Positions 63,781-64,000 of a DNA stretch of 64,000 nucleotides are shown here, piece by piece (position 1 is the first letter of the stretch; each line of letters starts with the position of its first letter). The translations under genes and the position numbers were made by a program. The notes below the pieces were generated by a model, which saw only the letters and a program-made list of their open reading frames with translations, ran no database searches and was not told the DNA's origin. The stretch lies in contig CAWFGE010000023.1 of the NCBI GenBank assembly GCA_963815195.1, forward strand, positions 192,001 through 256,000. The letters run 5' to 3'. The DNA is from an uncultured Planctomycetaceae bacterium. GTDB lineage: Bacteria; Planctomycetota; Planctomycetia; Planctomycetales; Planctomycetaceae.

Positions 63781-64000
63781 TCAATCCGCGACGCTTTCTT
63801 TGAGGATCCCTCCATAAATCTCGCGGGCCTGGTCGTAGGCCTTGTTCGCGGCGGGGCGTTCGGATTCGCGGATTTGCGGACGCTTGGCGTTCCAGCACAC
63901 ATCGACCGCCTTTCGGCACCACTCCGCACTTTTGCGGCTCGCGCGGATCGGCTTTCCCTCGACCTCCACGAAGATTGGATTGGTGTGCACCGAAGGCAAA
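63781..64000 (-). CDS. C-terminal end of a protein running off the window (CehA/McbA-like metallohydrolase tail)
   Basis: HTNPIFV...PIRAS..SA.W and AY..AR..Y motifs. Confidence 0.6.
   Translation of the reverse strand, partial: LPSVHTNPIFVEVEGKPIRASRKSAEWCRKAVDVCWNAKRPQIRESERPAANKAYDQAREIYGGILKESVAD

Overview
This looks like a GC-rich Planctomycetota (probably Planctomycetaceae-like) chromosomal window, judged from a DUF1552 gene, a PQQ propeller, an acidic S9 extension and REP-like palindromes. The housekeeping backbone is murC-murB-ddl, a helicase, ffh, glpK, trk, an acyl-CoA carboxylase, glmS, rplM-rpsI, a CAT-anticodon tRNA, pstSCAB and rpsR. Many genes carry single-base frameshifts that look like sequencing indels. 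There are two accessory hotspots. (1) Between murB and ddl (5.06-11.9 kb): a truncated IS4, several REP families, a truncated ddl copy and a Rieske / cytochrome b / octaheme HAO-family operon. (2) Beside the tRNA (41.5-55 kb): an integrase relic, an Mx162-like retron RT and a SWIM-finger gene (type XIII-like) separated by about 9 kb. That insert holds a PKD-domain gene whose reading frame is restored exactly when an IS1380 and an IS21 are removed. It is followed by an LRR gene and then a second, divergent C-terminal-domain plus LRR cassette, which is a candidate polymorphic toxin/immunity array. All family assignments come from motif recognition by eye; no database searches were run.
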